Position numbers and translations under genes: made by a program. Below the pieces are notes generated by a model. It made no database searches. It was not told the DNA's origin and was given only the letters and a program-made list of their open reading frames with translations. DNA of 60,621 bases, filler included, from Nemertoderma westbladi (taxonomy: Eukaryota > Animalia > Xenacoelomorpha): the NCBI GenBank assembly GCA_032718475.1. It is 3 parts of 3 records of this genome, joined end to end, with 100 filler letters (N's around TTAATTAATTAA, not from the genome) between each part and the next. Parts side by side here need not be neighbours in the genome. Positions count along the whole stretch, not along the records: positions 1 to 25,625 come from JAUCBJ010005198.1; positions 25,726 to 48,549 come from JAUCBJ010000287.1; 1 more part is not named here. One strand, 5' to 3'. Of the stretch, positions 24,401 through 35,904 are shown piece after piece; position 1 is the first letter of the stretch, and every line of letters begins with the position of its first letter.

Positions 24401-25108
24401 TTAGGGTGTTTACTGAGGCTAGTCTAGTGACTTGCCTCAGATTTACCAATGGCTTTGTTGGTCGGGGTGGAACATGAGAGTAGCCTCCAACTCCAGAATC
24501 CCTATCCCCCTCACAATCTGGCCTCCCTGGTGACCCAGGGTTTGGGCCAGAAAGGTCATCAGGAAAGGGACTCAAAGAATTGTTTGCCGCTCTCTCTCCA
24601 GTAGGGGGTGAGACAGGCAGCCGGTCAGGAGATAACTGACGCCTGTGAGGCCGATTGTGTCCAGTCATTCCACTGGCCTCTAGTGGCTGGACCTCCGCAT
24701 TACTAATGTAATCCATAGTGGGGGTTGGGGGGTGCTTTTTTGCCGAGTCAGCTCTCGGGGCAAATACCACACCCTGGTTTGCCATTCCACAGGGTGGGTG
24801 TCGCAGTGGAGTCAGATATGAGGCCCATCACCCATATCTACTCTCACGCACATGACCCACCATTGGCTGTGCAGCTCATCTGCTGGGTCATGCCCTGTAC
24901 CCCTGCTGCCAGGTGCAGGTCGCAGTGAAGTGCACTCAGAGTGGACATGAGAACACTCTTCTCCTGACCAGCCATTGGTAGATCACCATCTGCCTGGTCA
25001 GGCCATATACCCCTGCAGCCAAGTATATGGGTCCTTAATCCAGGACCAACGGCGTCCTTATCCCAGAACGAAGGGGGTCCTAGTTACAGGACCAGATTTG
25101 CCCTAGTA
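21465..25108 (-). mobile_element. Full-length RTE-clade non-LTR retrotransposon
   Basis: 5' UTR of about 320 bp shared with the copy at 32985, single ORF, short 3' UTR and TAG tail, imperfect TSD aaagg(g)caa. Confidence 0.95.
21501..24785 (-). CDS. RTE polyprotein: apurinic endonuclease + reverse transcriptase (1094 aa)
   Basis: APE motifs VQEHR, GDFNA, QIDH, SDH; RT motifs QNGFR, DFFKAFDSV, GVLQGD, FADD, YLGS; C-terminal RLRFAGH. Confidence 0.95.
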   Translation of the reverse strand: MANQGVVFAPRADSAKKHPPTPTMDYISNAEVQPLEASGMTGHNRPHRRQLSPDRLPVSPPTGERAANNSLSPFPDDLSGPNPGSPGRPDCEGDRDSGVGGYSHVPPRPTKPLVNLRQVTRLASVNTLTLGSPMRQGELTALADKLSLSAVGVQEHRMQTGQTDEVLIKDMGGGWRLALASADDSGNGGIGLLMNPTAHAALDKIDQISNRIIRCHFSCFGRLAKKFPKVVLIVCYSPTSEEVENFYQNLQAATDGVDQHAFLTFLGDFNASLHQSPTSPWVYSNSVNRNSIHLQDFISGNGLFSAGTQFKKRTGKLWTHSGPSGHKSQIDHILFRRKYRSSIQDCNAFTLRPFSSDHRLIVAKVRLSLRASRTTKSALPRHDWSSLLQQPSVRSSFTLQLSNRYEALASEAADHCEGYTAFTEAVKLAPAETVPVYPRNRKRAPWTDNKIQKCRNDLYKAQKESRLKQTTAAKNAVKAASRSLNRQYSVNLQELINQQVDAINDADNSRQSSQAWRSINLLAGRKSQPTTKVKAESPADRLNGWKAHFEKLLNNDRVLPDNFIEVKVSESVLPDIPIGDISFAEVKAAAKSIKSNRASGVDGVPPEVFKIPECLKLIYPIIVDMYRTTRVPQEMKTNKLVPVPKKGNLTLYGSFRGISLISIAAKLYNRILLNRIRDPIERLLRGNQNGFRKGRGTMEPILALRRIIEELSKKKDRHLAVIFVDFFKAFDSVSRSRMLSILSLYGIPDEIIAAIRSVYDGSTTFVSTVDGDTEPFEVLWGVLQGDTLAPFLFIIVVDYVLRMSLDHHNDDGVMITPPTGSRSRGNPAKYLTDLDFADDLGVLSESLEGAQRLLSSLEHAASSVGLFINSRKTKILTVNFESPQQVSDRMSISSKDGMLEHVDDFCYLGSWIRKSGEDLRIRKGKTWAALNRLSRIWKSPRINRKLKVRLFRAAVVPVLLYGSPCWALTAEDTKSLDGTFTRMLRRVHCVKFNAHISNQTLYNIGGVSLVPPSLTLEQNRLRFAGHCFRREDQPVHNLVLWQPHGVNKHGGQPMTFLRRILKDTGLEDADDLANVMGDRELWRCNFVDKPAQHS

Positions 25109-25556
25109 AAGGCAAAAAGGGATCAAATGGCAAGGATAGTTACTGTCAGAAAAAATTGTCAGTGAGGAATATATATATATAGACTATCCATATGCCATCT
25201 ATATCCATATGCTATCTATCCATACACCGGAATTGCAGTTTCGTACACTTCCTACCTAGCTTTTTGGATTAAATTTTGCAAGTACATTGTTTTGGTGGTT
25301 CATAATCGCGTTACAAAATTTCAGATCGATTCTATATGTGGTATTCGATATATTTAGTTTTTTTGATATTATTTTGTCGCGAAATTAAATGTATAATATA
25401 GACATTCATTGACTGCTGTGGCAAAGGAATACATAGAGTTGGCTTAGGGGCATTATTAGGCGGGCCTGACCCATTTGAATGCAGCCCCATTAATTATTTA
25501 ACGGCCCTGTGCTTATAATAATCAGCTGGCCTCCCATTTAACATCAGTGGGTATAA

Positions 25557-25625
25557 CGGTGTACGGACACTTCCCCCCCGGACACTTCCCCCCGGACACT
25601 TCCCCCCCGACTGTACTCAACTCCG
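25557..25625. repeat. (GGACACTTCCCCCCC)n repeats, probable DNA-transposon terminus cut by the gap
   Basis: Three tandem units ending close to the N-run. Confidence 0.5.
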
Positions 25626-25725
25626 NNNNNNNNNNNNNNNNNNNNNNNNNNNNNNNNNNNNNNNNNNNNTTAATTAATTAANNNNNNNNNNNNNNNNNNN
25701 NNNNNNNNNNNNNNNNNNNNNNNNN
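25626..25725. other. Assembly gap with artificial TTAATTAATTAA linker
   Basis: N44-TTAATTAATTAA-N44. Confidence 0.95.
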
Positions 25726-25789
25726 TGATATTAGTACCAGTGACTCTGACTCTGAAGTACCATCAACTAGCTATGGTTGCATCAGTTCA

Positions 25790-26250
25790 CATACTCCACA
25801 TAGTGATCACCATGTTAAACATACTGAAATTATAGCTCAGATACCTCATGACATTTTGCAGCGCCCTAAATTGGTTGCTTTAGAAACATGCCTAAATATG
25901 ACACCCGCAGGTCAAGCTCTTTTCACGAATCGCCTTATAGAAGAATATGGAGGAGACCCATCAAAACTGTCAACATTATATGCATCTGCTGCTTGCTCTT
26001 ATCATAGGGTTGTAAAATCCATTGCTCAAAATATTAAAGATAATTGGAATGCTCCAAAATTTGCCACCTTAGACTGGGATTCCAAATCAGTACAAACACA
26101 GTCAGACCAAAATATACTAGAAGAGCGCCTTGCAGTGCTAGTCGGGAACACAGATGAAACAAACCTTCTCGGTTGTCCTACATATCAAACTGGGACTGAT
26201 CAAATGTGTGGTGAAATTATATCAAAGTTGACTTGTGATTTACTCAAATT
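25790..26250 (+). pseudogene. DNA transposase fragment (hAT superfamily, hATm-like)
   Basis: LDWDSK...EERLAVLV...LLGCP...GT resembles the HWDGK/ERL/LLGVP blocks of these transposases; truncated. Confidence 0.55.
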
Positions 26251-26708
26251 TTCAGTAATCTCAATATCAAAGTGGTCACACGGACAGTTTTCGTGAACAA
26301 AAATGGTACTCATTTTTAAGCTTGGCAATTCTATCATAGATTCGTAACAGAAACCTCCAAAAATACAATAAGTGCAGTAAGCATCAATTGGTTGCTCCAT
26401 TATAAAAAATATTAAAAAATTATTCATTTATTTGTGATCCTGAAAGCCACCTGGTTTCCATGTCCTCATGTTATAAATGCAATCTGTGTCAAAATTGTCA
26501 AATTATATTCATTTATTATTCTAATTATATTTATTATATTTAATTTCATATATATTACTATCAATAAATTATTATTACATGTTATATTTATCTTCAAATA
26601 TATTATTTATCATTAAATTGTTATATATTATTATAAATATTTCCATAAGTATTTTACTCAATTAAATATATATTTAAATGTTACAAAGAAATATGCAAAA
26701 ATGTATGA

Positions 26709-27285
26709 CTATTTACATCTTAATTTGTTAATTAATTGCTGACGAAATACTTTTGAACTCATGATGTAAAGGTAAAAATTGATACTTTGATTCAATACTA
26801 ATGACATTTCACCACAAACACGCATCAGACGCTGACTGGCATAATGATCTGAATCCTCAACATCCAAATAGAATGAGAAGTAAAGTAATATGCCACCAAT
26901 TGCCATCAAAATACAGAAAATTGTAGACACCAGAGGCAGAAGAACTGTTGTCTTATCATCATTCTTTTCAGATTTATTTCCCTTTAAACTTTTCAGATAC
27001 TTTGCACGTTGCTGAAGCTTATATATAATGATACCATTGAGAATAAATATGGTGCCACATGGTATACTAAAAAATATTGCCACAGCACTAATAAAGAAAT
27101 ATATATAAAAGCTTGACATAGGACGCCATGGCTCGATGCCACAAGAATCATCAACTTTTGTAAACATCACTGCAGCTCCAATACCAACACAATATGAAAG
27201 AAATATGATGAGTGCACTGACCATCTTAGCTCTCTTTATGGTACAGAATTCTTGAGCCTTCAGTGGGAACGTGCAATAAATGAAT
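26709..27285 (-). CDS. Class A (rhodopsin-like, peptide-receptor-type) GPCR, exon 3 (TM4-TM7)
   Basis: ttgttttAG acceptor completes the DR|F motif; contains CTFPLKA, IPCGTIFILN and NQSINFYLY..SSKVFR. Confidence 0.88.
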
Positions 27286-27519
27286 CTAAAACAAAGTAAA
27301 ATAAATTTATATTGAAAGTGAAGGTTTTCAATATAAGCCACTATCTGAGTCCTCCAGGCATTTAATGCATGTCATATGTGTAATATATGTAATGTACACA
27401 TTTAATAATATTATAAACATTATTTATTGTTTTTTCAATTTTGATGAACTGATAAGGAGGGAGGCCTATAATTAGCTACGGTATGTAGGTTAAGCCTACC
27501 AATAAAGATTGTCAGTGAA

Positions 27520-29100
27520 ATGAAAGCAAGCAGTGGTCGACATTTCCAGGTGTAATGGGCCTACTATAATCGGCGGATCGGTTCCAGTTGGCTCTTGTCC
27601 ATATTCATGAGCCAGAGCAGGTAGTACCACTCCACCTGGATGCAAGTTGGACATCATTCCAAGGTAGATAGATGGTTTGTAGTCAGTACATAACTGTAGT
27701 TGAAATAGTGTAACGGTGCCCCTGTGTGAGTGTGCCCAGGGAACTTTCCCCTCTCCCCTTCGTTAGGCGTCCACCATTTCATCCACAAAACCTTCTCACT
27801 GATATAACCAACAAAGAGAATTAAAACCTTCTCACTGATATAACCGACAAGGTTATATCAACATGCAGATACTGCATGGGCTATAATTATTTTGGATTTT
27901 GCATCATTTTTGAAGTCCTAATTAATGCTACCGGTACTCCTGGCTAGTTGTATACTAAAAAATTTGGTTTTACTTGGAATACCCAAAAAAACATAAAACC
28001 TACCCATTTTGGGATTTTGGTCTCAATCTGGGTTTTTTAGCAACCCTGGACTGACCACTTCCTGCTAAAGCATCCTGCAACATCCATGTATGCTTGTATG
28101 TATGCTTGACTCCCCTGTAATGATTTATTCAAAACTTCCTTCCTATTTAAATTGTAAATTCCATAGCTCCAGAATTCAGCTATAACATTCTCAGGTTGTC
28201 CTTCAAGTTTATTACAGACTAAGGAGAGCATACCAGGGAGCTGGTTCTCAGGACTGCTGGTACGCTTCCACGGATTATTGTCTCCTTGCGAAAGTTTTCT
28301 AAGATCTTTCTCCATATCCATTTACATGGACAGAATACCGCAACATCTAGGGGCTACCTCAAATTGGTAGTGTTCGCAATCATGAAGACAAATCTAATCT
28401 CTAGTTCAATGCATTTTTCAATTACTGGATATATTGTCTCCTATTTTTAAAATAGGAAATCCAGCCGCTCAGTGGTTTATGTCATGAGGTAAAACACACT
28501 AAAGAACCATATTTTAAATTTTGGGGAATCGGACCACCCATTCCCATTTGGGCCATTTTTCGTCCATTCAGAATAGCAGTTCTTTGCTTTGTAGCAAACT
28601 AATGCAGGGATAAAGATTTCTTTATCATTGTCACAAACAGAAGAGCAAACTGATATCTGATTTTGAGTGATCAATTTTCCCCTTTACACAACTTCAGCCA
28701 TGTCTGCAGATTACATTATTGTTAGCAGGGTTGTCTGCAAAGTTTGTTTTGTCATAGTTATAATATATATTTGATGGCAGCATATTAACAGGTAGGCAAT
28801 TCGTAAATTGTCTAAGAAGTCACACACACTTTCTGTAGCTATTTCCAATCTGCTCGATTTGATCTAGTCAGCAAGTTAAATTATTTATCTTTTTAAATGA
28901 GTTGATCCAATAGATTCCTGGTGTATTTATCGGAGCAAACGATCATGCAACCATACATACATTTTCTGTTCAAATAGTCTTGGACTGACATGGGATGTTG
29001 TTACAGGACACTTCCACTTTCTTCCAGAGAATGTTGATGATTTTAGTGAGAACATCGGCCTGTTGGTGTTTTAACATTTATACTTCATATTAAGTTTTAA
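27520..29100 (-). pseudogene. pogo/Tigger-type (DDE_1) transposase relic with C-terminal PHD-like remnant
   Basis: Minus-strand fragments PGIYWINSFKK, IYNYDKT, GNGWSDSPKFKIWF, *PLDVAVFCPCKWIW, CPTC..W..WKC; many stops and frameshifts. Confidence 0.7.
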
Positions 29101-30272
29101 GAAATTTATTTAATTTATTGTGCGCCATAGAGAAACCTTTATAAATTTTTGTTTGATACACTTGCTCCCCTTTCCTGAACTATTAATGGTGGTGTTCATC
29201 TTATCATTTCAATATGAAGATTGATATTGTGTCTTATTGTCTTAGGTATTGTAGGCCTTGTGTTGCAAGTAAGATACTTTTATATCAGTATGAGTACTCA
29301 TTCAAATATAGAAAAACAGAAATACGTATTTACTAGGCAGCAAATATTCAATACAAGAATATTTATCAATTATCATTCTTATTCCAGCATTCATGAAAAT
29401 CCTACTGCTTGTCTGAAAGCAAACATATTTACAGTACAATTTACAAATTTAATTTTCATTGAATTCATCACACATGTATTCGAAACCACCCCCAGTTTAT
29501 GGTACCATGTATCTCTTGGAGGGCTCAGGATTGTAACCGACCTTTGGACCTACAAAGATATTAACAAGGCGCATGTAATCAGTTTACTCATCCTCAAACA
29601 CTGATTACATGTTGTGGACCACACCCTCGATGCCTGCTTTCACTGACTCCATTGGGCAACTAGTGGCTGCAGCGAGACAGTTGAAGAGGATGCGGTGCAG
29701 CACCTTTCAAAAGCCGATTTCCTCCCATGGTATCTTTGTGTTTACCAGCCAGCAAGCCAATCCCACCACAGATTCTGTGAGCATGAGCTATGTGCCTCCT
29801 ACCATGTCAATATGGTGCTTCAAAATTCCGGACCACTACTGCCTAGTGGGACTGAGCTGCCACTAAAATTATCAATAAAATAAATAAATAATGTTACCTT
29901 TGTATTAAATTGTTTTGGTTCAAATAACATGCCACTGCGACTGGAACCTACTCATTTCTCTTATTTAATAATAATCAATGATTTTAGTGATAATTAATAT
30001 ATTTTACTGATAATTAATATATTTTACTGATAATCAATATATATTACTGATAATCAATATATATTAGTGATAATTTTTTAATTATAATAATTATATCAAT
30101 TATTATTTTACTGATAATTATAAAATTTTAGGGGAAACTAAATATTATGGAGATTTTTCTGTTAAAATCTAGTGAAATAAGATTATTTTAAAATATATCG
30201 GCTATTTGAAAACTCATCACATTGTAATGTTATAAAGTACAAAGTGCTAGATTATAGGTATTAAAGTAAATA

Positions 30273-31232
30273 CCGTATTTACTCGAATAAGAACCTGGGC
30301 GTTTAAGTTTATAAATTGCCAATTGGAGAGACGTTTATTCGAAGGGGGCGTTTATTCGGGGAAGGCGTTTATTCGAGGGAGGCGTTAATTCATGAGGGCA
30401 TTTATTCGGGGAAGGCCTTAATCCGAGAGGGCATTTATTCGGGGAAGGTGTTTAAGTTCCTAATTGTATGGTTCGAGTGGGGGCGTTTATGTTCTAGATT
30501 GTCAGCATTTTGAATCTAAATACCCTAATAAAGGATGTTGTTAAATTCAATAAAACAAGTTAATTAAACAAATGAAAGAATTCAAATAAAACCAGGATTA
30601 TCTCTATTACAATGCAGCAATGACAATGCTATTACAGCGGTACAACACCCTACTACATTTACCTTCCGTCTTAACAATAAGTTAACTTTCAACAATTTTA
30701 CCTTCAGTCTTAACAATCAGTTAACTCTCAACAATGTCAGTCTTAACAATCACTCAACACTTGTAGGCCTACTCAACCTGTAGTATAGTATACCGGTAAC
30801 TAAGTAATCTTAAATTAGGTACACCATGGGCAATTTGAGAACATAAATAAGAGAATTGCATAAATATAAAATTTTACCCCTCTCATTTTTGTGCATTCCT
30901 GCAGGTCTTTCATATATTAATTGTTGAAATTGGTTAAAGGCTTCACAAGTTATATCAATTTAATTTTTAATTACAGACGGACTCGGACAGACACCCGGAC
31001 AGACAGAGAGACGAACAGAAAGATGGACAGACAGACGGACACACAGACGGACATTACATTTGGCCCATACTAATGACAATTATGTGCCAGAGGCATCGCT
31101 CACTAATCGTGGCTCGCTTCCAATTGTAATATTATTAAACACTGGGGCGTTTAGTCAGAGAAGGCATCGAATTATTTAATTCGTTAATTCGGGGGGGGGG
31201 GGGGGGGGGGGCTCTTATTCGAGTAAATACGG
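30273..31232. mobile_element. Tc1/mariner-pogo-type MITE with TA TSD in GPCR intron 2
   Basis: TA|CCGTATTTACTCGAATAAGA ... TCTTATTCGAGTAAATACGG|TA; internal gggcgtttattcg repeats. Confidence 0.88.
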
Positions 31233-31267
31233 TAGTTATTGTAAAGAATATAATGTTCATAGAATAC

Positions 31268-31446
31268 CTGTCTACAGTAACAGCAACCAAAATCCAGGCA
31301 GATGTAATAGATGATCCAGAATTATGTGCCATTAATAGTTTACAGCTTAATACAGAGTAGGCTTCAACAACAATACCCAGCAATGGGAATGGCATTGATA
31401 TAACACCATCCCACAGTAGACTAACAGTGTCACAAACCGCAAGTAT
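31268..31446 (-). CDS. Class A GPCR, exon 2 (TM2-TM3)
   Basis: ttttgcAG acceptor; ILAVCD...CKL...SAWILVAVTVDR; phase-2 GT donor. Confidence 0.88.
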
Positions 31447-32984
31447 CTGCAAAATGTAATAATCATGTGAAAATTAACTGTGAGTTGGGAACTGAATTGC
31501 CAATCAAATCTACAGTGCCCCTAAAGGGATATGGGTTATCACCCTTCTTCCTTCTACCATAATTATATGTGTATTTTGATAGAAACGTTGCCAATGTTGT
31601 GGATCTAAATTCCACAAATTGCATGGGAAAACAAATTACTCCTACTTTCAACATGATAATCTTGCAGATAAAATAAACGTAACGGAAATCACTATTTTCC
31701 ACTAATTTTCTTTAGCAAAATGAGTTTTCCACTCGTTGGCATTTTAAACCTATCAACTCGTGTAAAACTCAACCACTCGGACAGAATAGTTGAATTTCGC
31801 TAAATTTACGATGAGTGAAAAAAAGGTGTTTTCTGCTTACTTTTTATTTATCGAATAATAGTCCTATATACATACATACAGAATACTACAAAACCCCTTC
31901 TAACCTGAATGATTGTGAACAAAAAAGTACAAACTACATATGCAATTATAAATCTATTATCAGTTGCATTTGCTTAAGCATGTAATGCTATATAGAGCAT
32001 TCTCTATATAGCATTCCTTGGCCAAGTTTTTTAATTGCATCTACAGTTTATACAGGACATACTAATTATATCACATGAGATTGTATAGATCTATTAGCAC
32101 CATATTGTATTAATATTGTTTTTTTAAGTAACCATACACATATGGAATATATGACAGCCACAGAACCACCCCCGCCCCACCCCCAATTTAGGCAGTATCA
32201 TATCAGCAACCCCAGCCCAACATATGATATATGTGCCCCTTCTGCAACATAAATGGCATCATCTTGTTAATGGGTTGCCTCAGGGGCCTATTGGCTGTCT
32301 GTCTTCTTTTGCATCAGAGTGGCTCCTAGGTTGAGGTATAATTGAATTTAGAAGGTAAACGTGCTGTGGATACAATGTACAGCTACAACAAGTACTTGGG
32401 TTTACACATAGACGATCGCCTGTCATGGAACGCTCATATTAAATATTATATATTAGGTAAATTATCCAACATTCGGGGATCCCCCCCCCCCCCCCCCCCC
32501 CCATCACAGAAAATGATTCATGTTAGTAACCATTTGTTACCAATGAAGGAAAGAGTCAGGTTTCAGATACGGGTTTTTCTAACCAAAACAATAAACGATG
32601 TTGTTACCAATTGAGAGAAAGGAGCAGGTTATAGAGACGGCTTTTTCTAATCAAAACAATAACCTTTGTTGTTATATTGTATGTAAATATATCTAACAGT
32701 AATGGTAACAGGGAAGGTGGGGGGGGGGGGGGGGGGGGGTAACATGAATGGAATGGGGGGTAACGGGAATCATGAAGTGAGACAGGGGTGGGGTAACAGG
32801 AATGGGGGGGGGTAACAGCACTGGGGGTCTAACAGGAATGGTCGGGGTGGGGGGAAAATTCTGGGGGGGTTAACAGGAATGTGGAAGTAACAGTCAGGTC
32901 AGGTATTCTGGGTCATTGATCAAGAAAACTTGACACCTCCATGCAGCATAAAGGAGGTGCCACCTGCAGCTGCATAGACCCTCT

Positions 32985-35066
32985 TACTGGGGAAAATCTG
33001 GTCCTGTAACTATGACCCATTTCGTTCTGGGATAAGGACACCCTTGCTCCTTCCTAGATTAAGGACCCATATACTTGGGTGCAGGGGTATATGGCCTGGC
33101 CAGGCAGATGGTGATCTACCAATGGCTGGTCAGGAGTAGAGTGTTCTCATGTCCACTTCTGAGTGCACTTCACTGCGACCTGCACCTGGCAGCAGGGGTA
33201 CAGGGCATGACCCAGCAGATGAGCTGCACTGCCAATGGTGGGTCATGTGCGCCAGAGTAGATATGGGTGAAGGGCCTCATATCTGACTCCACTGCGACAC
33301 CCACCCTGTGGAATGTCAAACCAGGGTGCGGTATTTGCCCCCAGAGCTGACTCGGCATAAAAGCACCCCCAACCCCCACTATGGATTACATTAGTAATGC
33401 GGAGGTCCAGCCACTGGACACAATTGGCCTCACAGGCGTCAGTTATCTCCTGACCGGCTGCCTGTCTCACCTCCTACTGGAGAGAGAGCGGCAAACAATT
33501 CTTTGAGTCCCTTTCCTGATGACCTTTCTGGCCCAAACCCCTGGGCCACCAGGGAGGCCAGATTGTGAGAGGGAGAGGGATTCTGGATTTGGAGGCAACT
33601 CTCATGTTCCACCCCGACCAACAAAGCCATTGGTGAATCTGAGGCAAGTCACTAGACTAGCCTCAGTAAACACCCTAACACTCGGGTCCCCAATGCGACA
33701 ATGTGAGCTGACTGCCTTGGCAGATAAGATAAGCTTTCTCTTAGTGCAGTGGGTGTTGAAGAGCACCGAATGCAGACTGGACAGACTGATGAGGTTATGA
33801 TTAAGGACATGGGGGCAGTTGGCGACTCGCCCTCGCTTCAGCAGATGATAGTGGCAATGGTGGAATTGGTCTATTGATGAATCCAACTGCACATGCAGCA
33901 TTGGACAAAATAGACCAAATCACTAACCGCATCATCCGTTGCCACTTCTCATGTTCTGGAAGACTGGCTAAGAAGTTTCCTAAGGTGGTTCTGATTGTGT
34001 GCTACTCTCCAACTAGTGTTGCCCCTGTAGAGGAGGTGGACAATTTCTACCAGAATCTACAAGCAGCTACTGATGGAGTGGATGAGCATGCATTCTTAAC
34101 ATTCCTGGGAGACTTTAATGCAAGTCTGCATCAATCACCTACATCACCCTGGGTCTATAGCAATAGTGTTAACCGATCCATCTTCAGGATTTTATCTCTG
34201 GAAATGGATTGTTTTCGGCTGGACCCCGGTTCAAGAAGCAAACTGGAAAGCTATGGACTCATAGTGGACCCAGTGGTCACAAGTCCCAGATAGACCATAT
34301 CCTGTTTCGTAGGAAATACAGGAGCTCTATACAAGACTGTAATGCATTTACACTACGACCCTTCTCCAGTGATCACCGCCTTATTTTGGCCAAGGTAAGA
34401 CTTAGTCTGCATGCTAGCAGAACAACGAAATCTGTCTTGCCGCGGCATGACTGGTCCTCTCTGTTGCAACAGCCAAGTGTGAGATCCAGCTTCACACTAC
34501 AGCTGAGGAACAGGTATGTGGTTCTTGCCTCTGAGGCGGCAGATTACTGTGAGGGCTATACTGCCTTCACAGAGGCAGTTAAGTTAACAGCTGCAGAAAC
34601 AGTTCCTGTATACCCTCGAAACTGGACTGACAACAAAATTCAGTGCGGAAATGACCTCTACAAGGCGCAGAAAGAGTCCCGACTCAAACAGACTACAGCG
34701 GCCAAGAATGCAGTTAAGGCTGCATCTAAGTCCCTGAACAGGCAGTACTCTGTTAATTTGCAGGAGCTAATAAACCAACAGGTTGATGCCATCAATAAAT
34801 GCTGACGACAGCAGGCAATCATCCCAGGCATGGAGATCGATCAACTTGCTTGCTGGTCGAAAAAGCCAACCAACCACCAAGGTTATGGCTGAATCACCAG
34901 CCGATCGCCTCAATGGTTGGAAGGCCCACTTTGAAAAGCTCCTCAATAATGACAGGGTATTGCCTGATAACTTTATAGAAGTAAAAGTGTCTGAGTCTGT
35001 ACTCCCAGATATTCCCATTGGTGATATCTCCTTTGCAGAAGTGAAGGCTGCTGCAAAGAGCATTAA
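32985..35066 (+). mobile_element. RTE LINE, 5' half (5' UTR + endonuclease, frameshifted), split by the piggyBac-like element
   Basis: Collinear with the full-length copy up to aagagcaTTAA. Confidence 0.93.
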
Positions 35067-35857
35067 CCCTATTAAACCCGGGGGGGGGGGGTCAATATGA
35101 CCCCCCCCCCCCCGTGGTTTTTTTATTATAATTCTGAAACTAACGCAGTTGGGAATCTGAAATTGTATGACTTTTCCTAAAAATCTATTGTCTTCCTAGT
35201 AGTGAAAACCGTTTTCAAAAATATTGGGTACTTTTCGAGTTATAGCACCATTTTTTAACCCTACTTTTGGCACTTTTTTTGAGACGTTTTTTGAAAATTA
35301 CATTTCATTAAATATGAATTGTAACATCTCTATTTTTGATTTACACCGGTTTTTTGGTGTTAGAAATTTGATGGAATTCATATAAATTGATTTAGAAATT
35401 TCAAACTTGTTTTTTTCGGTGGGTGCCAAATTTTGGTGCCAGCACCAAATTTTGAAATAAGTCAATTTTGTAAATTGATCGTTTGAAACTTGTTTTTTAC
35501 GCAATTGGGGTTTTTTGGGTTTCTGGATTCGATGAAATATATACGAGTTGCACTAGGCGTATCAAACTTGTATTTTTCGGTGCTGTGTGCAAATTTTGGT
35601 GCTAGCACGAAATTTTGAAAATCCATTCAATAGATAAAATTGCTTGTGACAATTTATTTCTTGCGTTTTAGAGGTTTATGGCTGTTCTGAATTCAATGGA
35701 AAATATAATTATCGAACTAGACATCTCATACTTGTATTTTTCGGATGTGGGTGCAAAATGTGGTGCTAGCACCAAATTTTGAAATATAGGAAATATAGGT
35801 TTTCTTTTTGGAGTTATTACAGCCCTGGTGACTAACTGAGAAAACAAAACAGGTTCT

Positions 35858-35904
35858 TTATTATCAATTAATTTCTGCCACTAGGGCCATCTTCAGGATA
35901 TAAA
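35858..35904 (-). ncRNA. Minimal type I hammerhead ribozyme motif at the PLE 3' end
   Basis: Minus strand reads tatc-CTGAAGA-tgGCCctagtGGCa-GAAA-ttaATT-gata. Confidence 0.65.

Noticed and set aside
25626-25725. TTAATTAATTAA motif inside N-runs (also at 48594)
   Set aside because: Identical 44+12+44 layout twice; an artificial scaffolding linker with stops in all frames.
29221-29883. Cluster of short ORFs in GPCR intron 2
   Set aside because: No recognisable motifs; probably decayed TE sequence next to the pogo relic.
32700-32890. G-rich tract as a functional G-quadruplex element
   Set aside because: Poly-G and poly-C runs are common throughout the window, often within repeats; there is no specific evidence of function.
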